Below, one piece after another: positions 8,916 to 17,047 of a DNA stretch of 32,000 nucleotides (position 1 is its first letter; each line of letters opens with the position of its first letter). The position numbers and the translations under genes are program-made. A model generated the notes under the pieces. The model searched no databases. It was not told the origin of the DNA and worked only from the letters and a program-made list of their open reading frames with translations. The stretch is taken from positions 2,691,127-2,723,126 of the forward strand of contig NC_004459.3 of the NCBI RefSeq assembly GCF_000039765.1, in the 5' to 3' direction. The stretch is from Vibrio vulnificus CMCP6. Its GTDB lineage: Bacteria; Pseudomonadota; Gammaproteobacteria; Enterobacterales; Vibrionaceae.

Positions 8916-10835
8916 TCAGATGACTTTTACGCCATTTCTGCCACCGCGTTTGATGTCATATAACGCTTCATCGGCTTGAAATAAATAGGGTTCCCAATTT
9001 TGCTGCAATTCATGAGCCGAAGAGACACAAACCGCACCAATCGAAACCGTAACGGCGACAACCTCATCCGACGCGGCAATTTCAGTGCGCGAAATCGCTT
9101 CTTGCAGCCTAGTTAATGTCTGATGGGCCTGTTGGCAAGTTAGATTCAATACCAAAACAAACTCTTCTCCCCCCCATCGAAGCAGTAAGTCGTCACCGCG
9201 TGTACAGCAGCTAAGCATGTCGGCCACTTTTGACAGCACATCATCCCCCACTTGATGTCCATAGGTATCATTGATCTGTTTGAAATGATCGATATCAACT
9301 ACGGCCAAGCATTTCGGCGTGTTCATGGTGTCTGACTTGTTGCTGATGCTTTGCCACCATTTATCCAGATAGCTGCGATTGTTGACCCGCGTGAGAGGAT
9401 CAATCATAGATTGCGTCTCTAGTTGCACGTTTTGTTGCGTCAATGCTTGTTGTAAACGTTGGCTTGCTTTGAGCTTACGCCAAAGCAGATATGCGAGAAA
9501 CGAGAATAGAGTTACGGCCAGCATATAGGCCCATTCACGTAATTTTTGCGCTTCCAGTTGGGTCAATTGCAAGGCGTTTTGCGCCTCAAGCAACATCAGC
9601 TCTTGCGAAGCGAGTTTTTCATCGAGCCGACCTCTGACAATCGCCACGTCAGAGTTAAACGATTCGGTTAGGTATTTTTGCTCTAACTGCGACGCGGTTT
9701 GATAAGTTTGCAGTGCAGACTTGAGATCACCCGATTGCTGTTGAATTCGCGACAATGTTTTTAGCGCTTCGATGATCGCAATGGTCTCTTTATCTTCTTC
9801 AAACTGCTTCAATGCCAACTGGATATAGCTGGTGGCAGCTTTGAGTTCATTTTCGACAAGGAACACTTCCGCAAGAATGTCTTGGCAATGAGCAATTTGA
9901 CTCTCAGTGCCGTTTTGCTGTGAAAATTTGAGACATTCTAAACCTGTTTCCATGGCGAGTTGCGTGTGCTCTTGCCTCAGCAATACTTCCGTCATGTTAA
10001 CTAGGGTTTTAATTTTTAGATAGCTGGCCCCTGCCACGCCGGCCTTTTCATATGCCAATCTGATGTTTTTTAGCTCAGACTCTTTACGTCCCATGGCTCC
10101 ATCAATCACACTGGCATTCGTGAGTAAGATGGCTTCAAACAAAGTGTTTTTGAAATGATTGGAGTCATAGAGTCGATTAGACTGACGATTGAACTGCTCC
10201 GCACGTTGCCAATCTTTGCTATCCATGTACACAGTGGAGATATTATTGAGCACCATAGAAGCCTGAAGCGGCTCTTCATTCTGTTCAAAAATCTCTAACG
10301 CACGATGATACTGATTCAGCGCCACCGTAAAATCGGTAAACTCATAGGCTACATTGCCGAGCCATTTTAGCGCGCGCCCTTCTAAAGACTGGTAGCCAAT
10401 CGCATTTGCCATCTCTTGCGCTTCAAGAAAATACGCCTCTGCTTGGCGAAACTGATTTTGGGTCATCAGCCCGCGACCTTGCGTTAACTTCGCTTCAGCC
10501 TTAATCCATTGCTGATCCGTTTGCTCTGCCAACTCAAGCACTTCGGGTAAGTTGGAGCTTTCTTTTCCTTCGTACTTAAAGAGATTGTTTTTAGCAAACA
10601 AATACAAGGCTTTGGCGTTATCACTGCCATTTTCTGGATAAACGAACGCTTTATTTGCCGTGATTTGTGGGTAGCGTAGCGAATCCACGTAGTACTGAAG
10701 GTAAATGTGATCTTGCTCGGAGATGAACTCATCTAAGTAGAGATCGCAAGGTAAAGCATGAGGCTCGGCAAAAACCACAGTTGGAATGAGAGCAGAAAAA
10801 AGTGATATGAATAACGGTTTAGCTTTTGATGACAT
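8916..10835 (-). CDS. Exported TPR-repeat, membrane-anchored diguanylate cyclase (GGDEF)
   Basis: Signal peptide 'MSSKAKPLFISLFSALIPTVVFA', TPR-like helices, TM 'LREWAYMLAVTLFSFLAYLLW', catalytic 'DDLLLRWGGEEFVLVL'. Confidence 0.92.
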   Translation of the reverse strand: MSSKAKPLFISLFSALIPTVVFAEPHALPCDLYLDEFISEQDHIYLQYYVDSLRYPQITANKAFVYPENGSDNAKALYLFAKNNLFKYEGKESSNLPEVLELAEQTDQQWIKAEAKLTQGRGLMTQNQFRQAEAYFLEAQEMANAIGYQSLEGRALKWLGNVAYEFTDFTVALNQYHRALEIFEQNEEPLQASMVLNNISTVYMDSKDWQRAEQFNRQSNRLYDSNHFKNTLFEAILLTNASVIDGAMGRKESELKNIRLAYEKAGVAGASYLKIKTLVNMTEVLLRQEHTQLAMETGLECLKFSQQNGTESQIAHCQDILAEVFLVENELKAATSYIQLALKQFEEDKETIAIIEALKTLSRIQQQSGDLKSALQTYQTASQLEQKYLTESFNSDVAIVRGRLDEKLASQELMLLEAQNALQLTQLEAQKLREWAYMLAVTLFSFLAYLLWRKLKASQRLQQALTQQNVQLETQSMIDPLTRVNNRSYLDKWWQSISNKSDTMNTPKCLAVVDIDHFKQINDTYGHQVGDDVLSKVADMLSCCTRGDDLLLRWGGEEFVLVLNLTCQQAHQTLTRLQEAISRTEIAASDEVVAVTVSIGAVCVSSAHELQQNWEPYLFQADEALYDIKRGGRNGVKVI

Positions 10836-11086
10836 TCGGCATTACTGACTCAGATTCGCTCTTCCTTGAATATGGGGTTATCGCAGTGCCACGTTATCAA
10901 AGTAACGCTGACGACAGAGCAAAACGATAAAGCGGAACTATGAAAACCATCATTTCATAGCGCACACGGATAATAAACACACAAAAAACATGGTGATTGC
11001 GTTATATATAATTTCCAACTCTATAACGCAAGACATTCGTCACACAACCAATGCATTTCAGTTAAAAGTTCTGCTAATAAAGCCCT

Positions 11087-11929
11087 TTATTCTGGAAGAC
11101 GCTCTCGCAGATATCGGGCAAATTTGGGTTTGCCGCTGTTAGTGAAACCATTGTGTCGATAAGTAACAGTCGCACCAATAGCAGGGGGATTTTTGCGTTG
11201 TTCGTCGGTGAAACCACTACCGATATAGAACTCGGTACCATCATCGAGCCGCACCAACAATGCGCCTAGCATACCCATTAAACGGCCACTCCCTGGCTTA
11301 TAACCAATGACCGTCGCTTCTGCATCACTGTACTTCTTCAGTTTCAGTAGATCATTGCCCCGCCCCGCTTGGTAGCGGCTGGTGATATTCCTAAGCATCA
11401 CCCCTTCACCACTGATGCCCGTAATGGCATCCAGTTTTTCAAAAAGCTGTGCTTCGCTGACGATCGGTTTGTGCTCAACAAATTTGATGTGCCTCGCGTC
11501 GATGTTTTTCACTAAATCGATCAGGGTATAGTAGCGCTTTTGGTAATCACCCGCTGACTCTGGCAGGTCAAAAACCATAAAGTCAATCTGCTTCCAAGCA
11601 TGCTCATCGGGCGTGGCGTCCAGCACTGTCTGCTGCACAATGTGAAAATTACCTCGTCCGGCCCATAACTCACCATCGAGCGCCATCGGTGGTAATGCTT
11701 CAATAAACCACGTCGGAGCATAAATTCGATTGCCATTGCGAGTAAGCAATTGAGTGCCAGTCCAATACGCCCGAATACCATCCAATTTTTCGCTATACCA
11801 ATAATCGTTGATCTTCACTCCATGCCCATAAGTTTGTGCAAGCATCACCTCTGGTATTGGCAATGGCTCTTCCTCAGCCATCACAGGGATGGCGACGAGA
11901 ATCGCCATCGATAATATAGTCAAACGCAT
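11087..11929 (-). CDS. Minimal ATP-dependent DNA ligase with secretion signal (Lig E type)
   Basis: 280 aa; signal peptide 'MRLTILSMAILVAIPVMA'; adenylation motif I 'SEKLDGIRAYW'; 'LDGELWAGRGNF'; 'GEGVMLR'; 'LLKLKKYSDAEATVIG'; OB-fold C-terminus. Confidence 0.9.
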   Translation of the reverse strand: MRLTILSMAILVAIPVMAEEEPLPIPEVMLAQTYGHGVKINDYWYSEKLDGIRAYWTGTQLLTRNGNRIYAPTWFIEALPPMALDGELWAGRGNFHIVQQTVLDATPDEHAWKQIDFMVFDLPESAGDYQKRYYTLIDLVKNIDARHIKFVEHKPIVSEAQLFEKLDAITGISGEGVMLRNITSRYQAGRGNDLLKLKKYSDAEATVIGYKPGSGRLMGMLGALLVRLDDGTEFYIGSGFTDEQRKNPPAIGATVTYRHNGFTNSGKPKFARYLRERLPE

Positions 11930-12095
11930 CCTGCTTCCCCTAATCCTTTCCTTTCTAGCGTTTTTTATCGCATTTCCCCGCCATGTTCACGTCCAGTATC
12001 AAGGTTCATAAATGATGTGCGACAGCACTCAGTAAAAATCGAAAAAGGGTTCTATTAATTACAATTTTTCCATGCTCTCAGACGTGTTTTCCTGA

Positions 12096-12110
12096 TTCTC
12101 AAATTGAGAA
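12096..12110. promoter_or_regulatory. SypG-type enhancer site upstream of sypA
   Basis: TTCTCA-AAT-TGAGAA perfect palindrome; matches as I recall the V. fischeri syp enhancer half-site TTCTCA-N3-TG. Confidence 0.8.
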
Positions 12111-12178
12111 AAAATCATTTCGATTTGAGAAGCCTAAAACACTCCAATCTATCCAATTGATTTTTATAGTGTAATTTT

Positions 12179-12194
12179 TGGCATACAACCTGCT
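12179..12194 (+). promoter_or_regulatory. Sigma-54 (-24/-12) promoter of sypA
   Basis: TGGCATACAACCTGCT; GG-N10-GC spacing; 68 bp after the enhancer palindrome. Confidence 0.8.
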
Positions 12195-12227
12195 CTTTGT
12201 TGAAGACACCCAACAGGAGAACGTCAC

Positions 12228-12548
12228 ATGGAACTCAGCACACTCGACCTCAATCAACAAACACTCACACTGTCTATCGTTGGTAATTTTGATGCCCACG
12301 GTAGCCGCCAAGCCCAAATTCACATTGATGAGTTGATCAACAATGATCGCCATACCGATATCGAAGTCGATATGAGTGGTGTTGAGTTTCTCGATTCATC
12401 AGGTATTGGGGCGATCGTTTATCTCTATAAAAGATTGGTTGAACGTGAACGCACCATGCGCATTGAAAACGTACGCGGCCAGCCACTCGAAATCATCAGC
12501 TTACTGCGTATTGACCACGCGATTCCCGTTAACTCCAAGCAGTTTTAG
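12228..12548 (+). CDS. sypA: SypA, STAS-domain (anti-sigma-factor-antagonist-like) biofilm regulator
   Basis: 106 aa; STAS motif 'DIEVDMSGVEFLDSSGIGAIVYLY'; first gene of the syp-type cluster. Confidence 0.9.
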   Translation: MELSTLDLNQQTLTLSIVGNFDAHGSRQAQIHIDELINNDRHTDIEVDMSGVEFLDSSGIGAIVYLYKRLVERERTMRIENVRGQPLEIISLLRIDHAIPVNSKQF

Positions 12549-12579
12549 CCATAACAATAAAAATTCGTCGGAGGTTGGC

Positions 12580-13422
12580 ATGCAAAAACACTTACTGTTT
12601 ACAACGCTCTATTTCACCCTGCTCATCTCAGGTTGTGCAAGCTACCCTGAGCATGGCAGCGGTGGATTGGCAGAGAGTTATCAAAATATCAGTTATGAAA
12701 ACGCCGACTTTTCTCCGGTCATGCCTGATGAACCTCTCGGTCCTGAACATGGCATGCGCTTCGATTGGCAACTGGCGAAATTGCACTTAGATTCGTTGAT
12801 CCGCGAAGGCGCTAAATGGTGCTTTCCTGCCTCTGTGGTACAAGCCTTAGAGCTGCAAAATCGCATCGCTCGTGAATTGCAAGGCGGATTGCTGCTCGAT
12901 GCGGCGAACGATTTGGTCATTCAACGTAAACGTCTGCATCAACTAGAACAGCAGCTCGACTACGTACTTTCACACACTCGATGCGTTCCCCCACGTGATG
13001 AAGACGCCTTCCGTTTTCAGTTGGATATCGTTAACGAGCTCTATGACATCCTCAATATTGACAATCAATTCGCGGTGAATTCCGCGGAAATTAATCCCAA
13101 ATACATGGGCCACCTTGCCAAAGCGGCCAATATATTGCGCGAGCACACCGCGTTAACCCTCACCGTGACGGGCCACGCGGATGCCACCGGTAACGAGGCA
13201 TACAACGAAAAACTAGCGATGGACAGAGCCGAGCAAGTCAAACGTTACTTAGCCATTTTCGGTTTGGATCCCAACCGCATCACCACCTATTCACTGGGAG
13301 AAAAACTGCCCTTGTTTGATGGTGAAAGTGCCGCCGTGCGCCTGACCAATCGCCGTGTGAGCATCGAAATTCAATCGCCAGCGAATACGGAACCATCTCC
13401 CTATGCAGGAGGCGTACAATGA
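12580..13422 (+). CDS. sypB: SypB, OmpA-family outer membrane lipoprotein
   Basis: ATG at 12580 preceded by GGAGG; lipobox 'LLISGC'; OmpA C-domain 'LTLTVTGHADATGNEAYNEKLAMDRAEQVKRYL...'. The ORF track start at 12376 is upstream of the real start. Confidence 0.88.
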   Translation: MQKHLLFTTLYFTLLISGCASYPEHGSGGLAESYQNISYENADFSPVMPDEPLGPEHGMRFDWQLAKLHLDSLIREGAKWCFPASVVQALELQNRIARELQGGLLLDAANDLVIQRKRLHQLEQQLDYVLSHTRCVPPRDEDAFRFQLDIVNELYDILNIDNQFAVNSAEINPKYMGHLAKAANILREHTALTLTVTGHADATGNEAYNEKLAMDRAEQVKRYLAIFGLDPNRITTYSLGEKLPLFDGESAAVRLTNRRVSIEIQSPANTEPSPYAGGVQ

Positions 13423-15518
13423 ACATCGCAAAAAGCTATCTCGCTCTCATTCTTTTGCTGTTAATGATTGCGCCAATCCTAAGCCATGCTGCCGATGAGC
13501 GCGTACAGGTGGGCGATCTGATCCAAATTAACCTACCAGGTGAAGAGAGCCTCAATCGCGGATTCCAAGTCGATAAACGTGGCCGAATCACTCTGCCAGA
13601 GATTGGCCCGATTTATGTCGCAGGTTATCAATCGGCACAATTGGAAAACGCGGTCAAACAGTCATTAGCCACCGTTTTTCGTGATGTGAGTAACCTCAGC
13701 GTGTTTGTCAAACAACAGCAGATGCTGATTTCCGTACAAGGCTATGTCTCACAGCCGGGTGAATACACTTTGCCGCAAGGCGCAAGCGTTGAGATGGCTT
13801 TCCATGCCGCGGGGGGATTACGCTCTGGCGCTCAACTCGACAAAATGCAGTTAAAACGGGGCAGTGACCGTCGCGAGTTTAACTACAAACAATTTCTCGA
13901 CTCTGGCAACGATGAGTTGTTACCACAGTTGATGTCGCTTGACGTGCTTTTCGTTCCCGCCTCTCCTTTGGTAGGCAACATTGAGCAGACGTTTGATCCT
14001 GCAAAACTGGCAGACAGTGGTGACAGCGCAGATTCTGCCAAAGGCATCAAAGTGTTCGGTGAAGTGAACTCGCCGGGCTCGTTCAGTTACAAACCAGACA
14101 CCAACTTGGTTGATATTTTGATGCGCTCAGGTGGGGTTACACGTTACGCTGGCGTAGAACAGATCCGAGTGATTTCCAACAATGAGCCCAAAGTATTCAA
14201 TCTAAAAAAATACCTCGATAGCGGCGATTCTTCTCTTTTACCCGATATCGCCCCCGGCTCCACTGTGTTCGTTCCTCGTCAAGAAGAGGAGATCAAGTCC
14301 AGCTCCAACACCGTGTATATCATGGGCGAAGTGGCTCACCCCGGCGCGTATGAAGGCAAACCTGGGGCCACCTTTATGGACATTCTTGCCAATGCCGGCG
14401 GCCCCACCCGATTTGCTGAGTCTCGTCAAATTCGTGTGCTTAAAGCGGATGGACGCGTGATCCGATTTGATTTGACCGCACACACCGAAGGATTGGGCAA
14501 AACCAAGGTGCCACAAATCCAGCCCGGTGACGCCATTTTTGTCCCAGAAAAAACCGACATGAACGAGAAGTCCTGGCTTAAAGTGGCCCCCGATCGCGCC
14601 GTTGCTGTCATGGGCGAAGTGGTTCGTCCGGGTCGCATCGAGTGGTCCGACGAAATGGATTTGATGGATCTGCTGGCGCATGTCGGTGGCCCAACATTAC
14701 GGGCTGACACAACGAAGATCGAAGTTGTCAACGGCGGCAAAATGCAAGTGTTTGACCTCGATGCTTTTATTCGCCAAGGTGCGCCAACGAAAGCCCTGCC
14801 TCGCATTGATGCAGGCGCGATCATTCGTGTGCACGATTTACCACAAGACCCATCCGACAACAAATCACAGTGGGTGAGACAAAGCTCAGATGCCTCGATT
14901 TATGTCTTTGGTCAAGTCAATGCGCCAGGGCGCTATCGCTTTACCAATGAAATGCACTTTCTTGACATTTTGTCTGCCGCTGACGGGCCAACCAAAGATG
15001 CTGATATTCACAATATCCGCGTCACGCACCGAGATAAAAGCTACTCGCTGGTCAGCAAACTCAATCTCTCACTCTATTTTGAAACCGGAGATGAATCTCT
15101 TCTTCCTCACGTCAAGCCCGGAGACACCATCTACATTCCAGAGAAGGAGAAAAACTGGCTCGATACCAGCAAAGAATCAACCGTTCGAGTGCTAGGAGCT
15201 GTGAACAAACCGGGACGCTACGCCTTTAACGACAACATGACGATCCTCGATTTACTCGCGGAGGCTGGTGGACCAAGCTCAAGCGCTTATTTAGAGAAAA
15301 TCAGCGTGGTTAATATGTCTTGCTGCCAAGGGCAGGCGCGCACCTTCGATCTCGTGAGTTTCAGCAAAACCGCGAATATTTACCACCTTCCCGTGATCCG
15401 TGCAGGCGACACGATTTATATTCCGAGCCGCGATGAAAGCTTGATTGAAAAAGCACGCGCAGGTTTGCGCGATGTGCTGCAAATCACCACCACCTTGGTA
15501 TTAATAGGAGCATTATGA
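13419..15518 (+). CDS. sypC: SypC, polysaccharide export (OPX) protein with multiple SLBB repeats
   Basis: 699 aa; signal peptide then 'VQVGDLIQINLPGEESLNRGFQVDKRGRITLPEIG'; six SLBB-type segments (e.g. 'VFGEVNSPGSFSYKP...', 'IMGEVAHPGAYEGKP...'). ATGA overlap with sypB. Confidence 0.9.
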   Translation: MNIAKSYLALILLLLMIAPILSHAADERVQVGDLIQINLPGEESLNRGFQVDKRGRITLPEIGPIYVAGYQSAQLENAVKQSLATVFRDVSNLSVFVKQQQMLISVQGYVSQPGEYTLPQGASVEMAFHAAGGLRSGAQLDKMQLKRGSDRREFNYKQFLDSGNDELLPQLMSLDVLFVPASPLVGNIEQTFDPAKLADSGDSADSAKGIKVFGEVNSPGSFSYKPDTNLVDILMRSGGVTRYAGVEQIRVISNNEPKVFNLKKYLDSGDSSLLPDIAPGSTVFVPRQEEEIKSSSNTVYIMGEVAHPGAYEGKPGATFMDILANAGGPTRFAESRQIRVLKADGRVIRFDLTAHTEGLGKTKVPQIQPGDAIFVPEKTDMNEKSWLKVAPDRAVAVMGEVVRPGRIEWSDEMDLMDLLAHVGGPTLRADTTKIEVVNGGKMQVFDLDAFIRQGAPTKALPRIDAGAIIRVHDLPQDPSDNKSQWVRQSSDASIYVFGQVNAPGRYRFTNEMHFLDILSAADGPTKDADIHNIRVTHRDKSYSLVSKLNLSLYFETGDESLLPHVKPGDTIYIPEKEKNWLDTSKESTVRVLGAVNKPGRYAFNDNMTILDLLAEAGGPSSSAYLEKISVVNMSCCQGQARTFDLVSFSKTANIYHLPVIRAGDTIYIPSRDESLIEKARAGLRDVLQITTTLVLIGAL

Positions 15519-16210
15519 TGATGATTCCCGCGACTCACGCCGAAATTGAACAGCTCTATCTCAAAGCAGAGCTTGAACAGATTCGCTCCATTTGTCTCAC
15601 GGGCTGCAGCTCTGGTGACGGCGTCACCTCAATTGCGACTGCGCTGGCTGAACGATTCATTCTTGCGGGCCATCATACCTTGTATGTCGACCTCAATCTG
15701 TTTAAGCCCGCTTTTCACGATGTGCATAGCTTCGAGCACGAAGCGCAGCCAGGAATGCTCATCGAACACAATGAAACCCATCAAGTATTGGTCGGCGTGC
15801 CAGCGCCCACCCAGACGGCCGTTCAGCTTTCCTACAAAGATCCGGCCAACTTGTGCTCAGCCGTCAATAAATGGCAAAGCCACTATGAGCGCATCATTAT
15901 TGATACCTCGCCGCTACTTAATCTCAATAAAGGAAATGTGCCAGCACAAAGCGTCGCCAGTGCGTGTGATGCCACCATTCTTGTCGCTTGCTATGGCAGT
16001 ACAACAGAAAACCAAATTTTGCAGGCACAAAGTCTGCTCGATGCCCGATCCATTCATCTACTTGGCACCATTTTGAACATGAAAGATTCGCCAAGTTTTT
16101 CAGAAGAATTGGTCAGACAATTGAATAAATTCAAATTTCTTCCACTACGCTTAAGAAAGCGCTTAGAAAACTGGTTGTATAAAAACGAATTTTTGAATCT
16201 GCCCTATTGA
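15515..16210 (+). CDS. sypD: SypD, CpsD/CapB (BY-kinase)-like P-loop ATPase domain protein
   Basis: 231 aa; 'SICLTGCSSGDGVTSIATALAERF...HTLYVDLNLFKPAF...YERIIIDTSPLL'; start overlaps the sypC stop. Walker A lysine position is Val. Confidence 0.83.
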   Translation: MMMIPATHAEIEQLYLKAELEQIRSICLTGCSSGDGVTSIATALAERFILAGHHTLYVDLNLFKPAFHDVHSFEHEAQPGMLIEHNETHQVLVGVPAPTQTAVQLSYKDPANLCSAVNKWQSHYERIIIDTSPLLNLNKGNVPAQSVASACDATILVACYGSTTENQILQAQSLLDARSIHLLGTILNMKDSPSFSEELVRQLNKFKFLPLRLRKRLENWLYKNEFLNLPY

Positions 16211-16224
16211 TTGGAGACTTGACG

Positions 16225-17024
16225 ATGAAGCAATGGATACTGACCGCACTGCTCCTCTTTGCACCCTCAGTTGGTGTAAACCGCTGGTTTTTGGTGTGGT
16301 ACCTCAGCAATCCGCCAGCCGTCTGGCCGACAATTGGACGCCAGTGATCAAAGCACTCAGCGAGGATATCGGGCTCGAGATTGTTTTTGCCACCGCCCCC
16401 GACATTCCGACGTTTGAAGCACGCCTCAATGAGGGCCATTACGACATCGCTTACATGAACCCTTATCACTATGTGGTGTTCCACCAGCAAGTTGGCTACC
16501 AAGCCATCGCCAAAGCCAAAGATACGTTGATTTATGGCTTAATTGTGGTGAATGCCAATGACGCCATTAACACCATTGCTCAGTTGAACGGACAAACATT
16601 GGCGTTTCCGTCACCAGCCGCTTTTGCTGCGACGATACTGACGCAAGGGTATTTAAACCAACAAGGTATTGAATATCAGCCCAAATACGTTTCATCCCAC
16701 GACTCTGTCTATCTCAATGTAGCGCGTGGCTTATTACCTGCTGGCGGTGGCATTGCCAGAACACTGAACGCCGCTCCTGCCGATGTTCGTCAGCAATTAA
16801 AGATACTTTGGACCAGCGATGGCTACACGCCACACCCTATCGCCGTAAAACCGAACCTTGATGCAAACACCGTATTGGCGCTGCAAAACGCCCTGCTCAA
16901 TCTCAATCAGCGCAACGGGAGAGAGTCATTGTTGAGCCCACTCAAGATTTCTGCGTTTGTCGCGGCGCAAGATTCTGATTGGAACGATATTCGCCAGCTC
17001 GATATTAAGTTACTGACGGACTAA
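16225..17024 (+). CDS. PhnD-like phosphate/phosphonate-type periplasmic substrate-binding protein, apparent frameshift after the signal peptide
   Basis: ATG 16225 with GGAG 9 nt upstream encodes '[18 protein letters not shown]' (signal peptide) but stops at 16345-16347. The mature domain '[23 protein letters not shown]...[14 protein letters not shown]...[20 protein letters not shown]' reads in the -1 frame from about 16278 to 17024. Confidence 0.8.
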
Positions 17025-17047
17025 AGGTATCTCGCCAGGAGGTCATT

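Noticed and set aside
12376-12579. Upstream extension of SypB from the ORF track
   Set aside because: Overlaps sypA out of frame. ATG 12580 has a GGAGG SD and is followed by a classical lipoprotein signal.
14238-14863. Two long minus-strand ORFs (147 and 145 aa) within sypC
   Set aside because: They arise from antisense reading of the repetitive SLBB coding sequence; the sense frame has clear domain signatures.
16233-17024. ORF-track start (ATG 16233) as the true start of the PhnD-like gene
   Set aside because: It gives a non-signal-peptide N-terminus and a poor RBS distance. ATG 16225 in the adjacent frame has a proper SD and signal peptide, so a frameshift is more likely.
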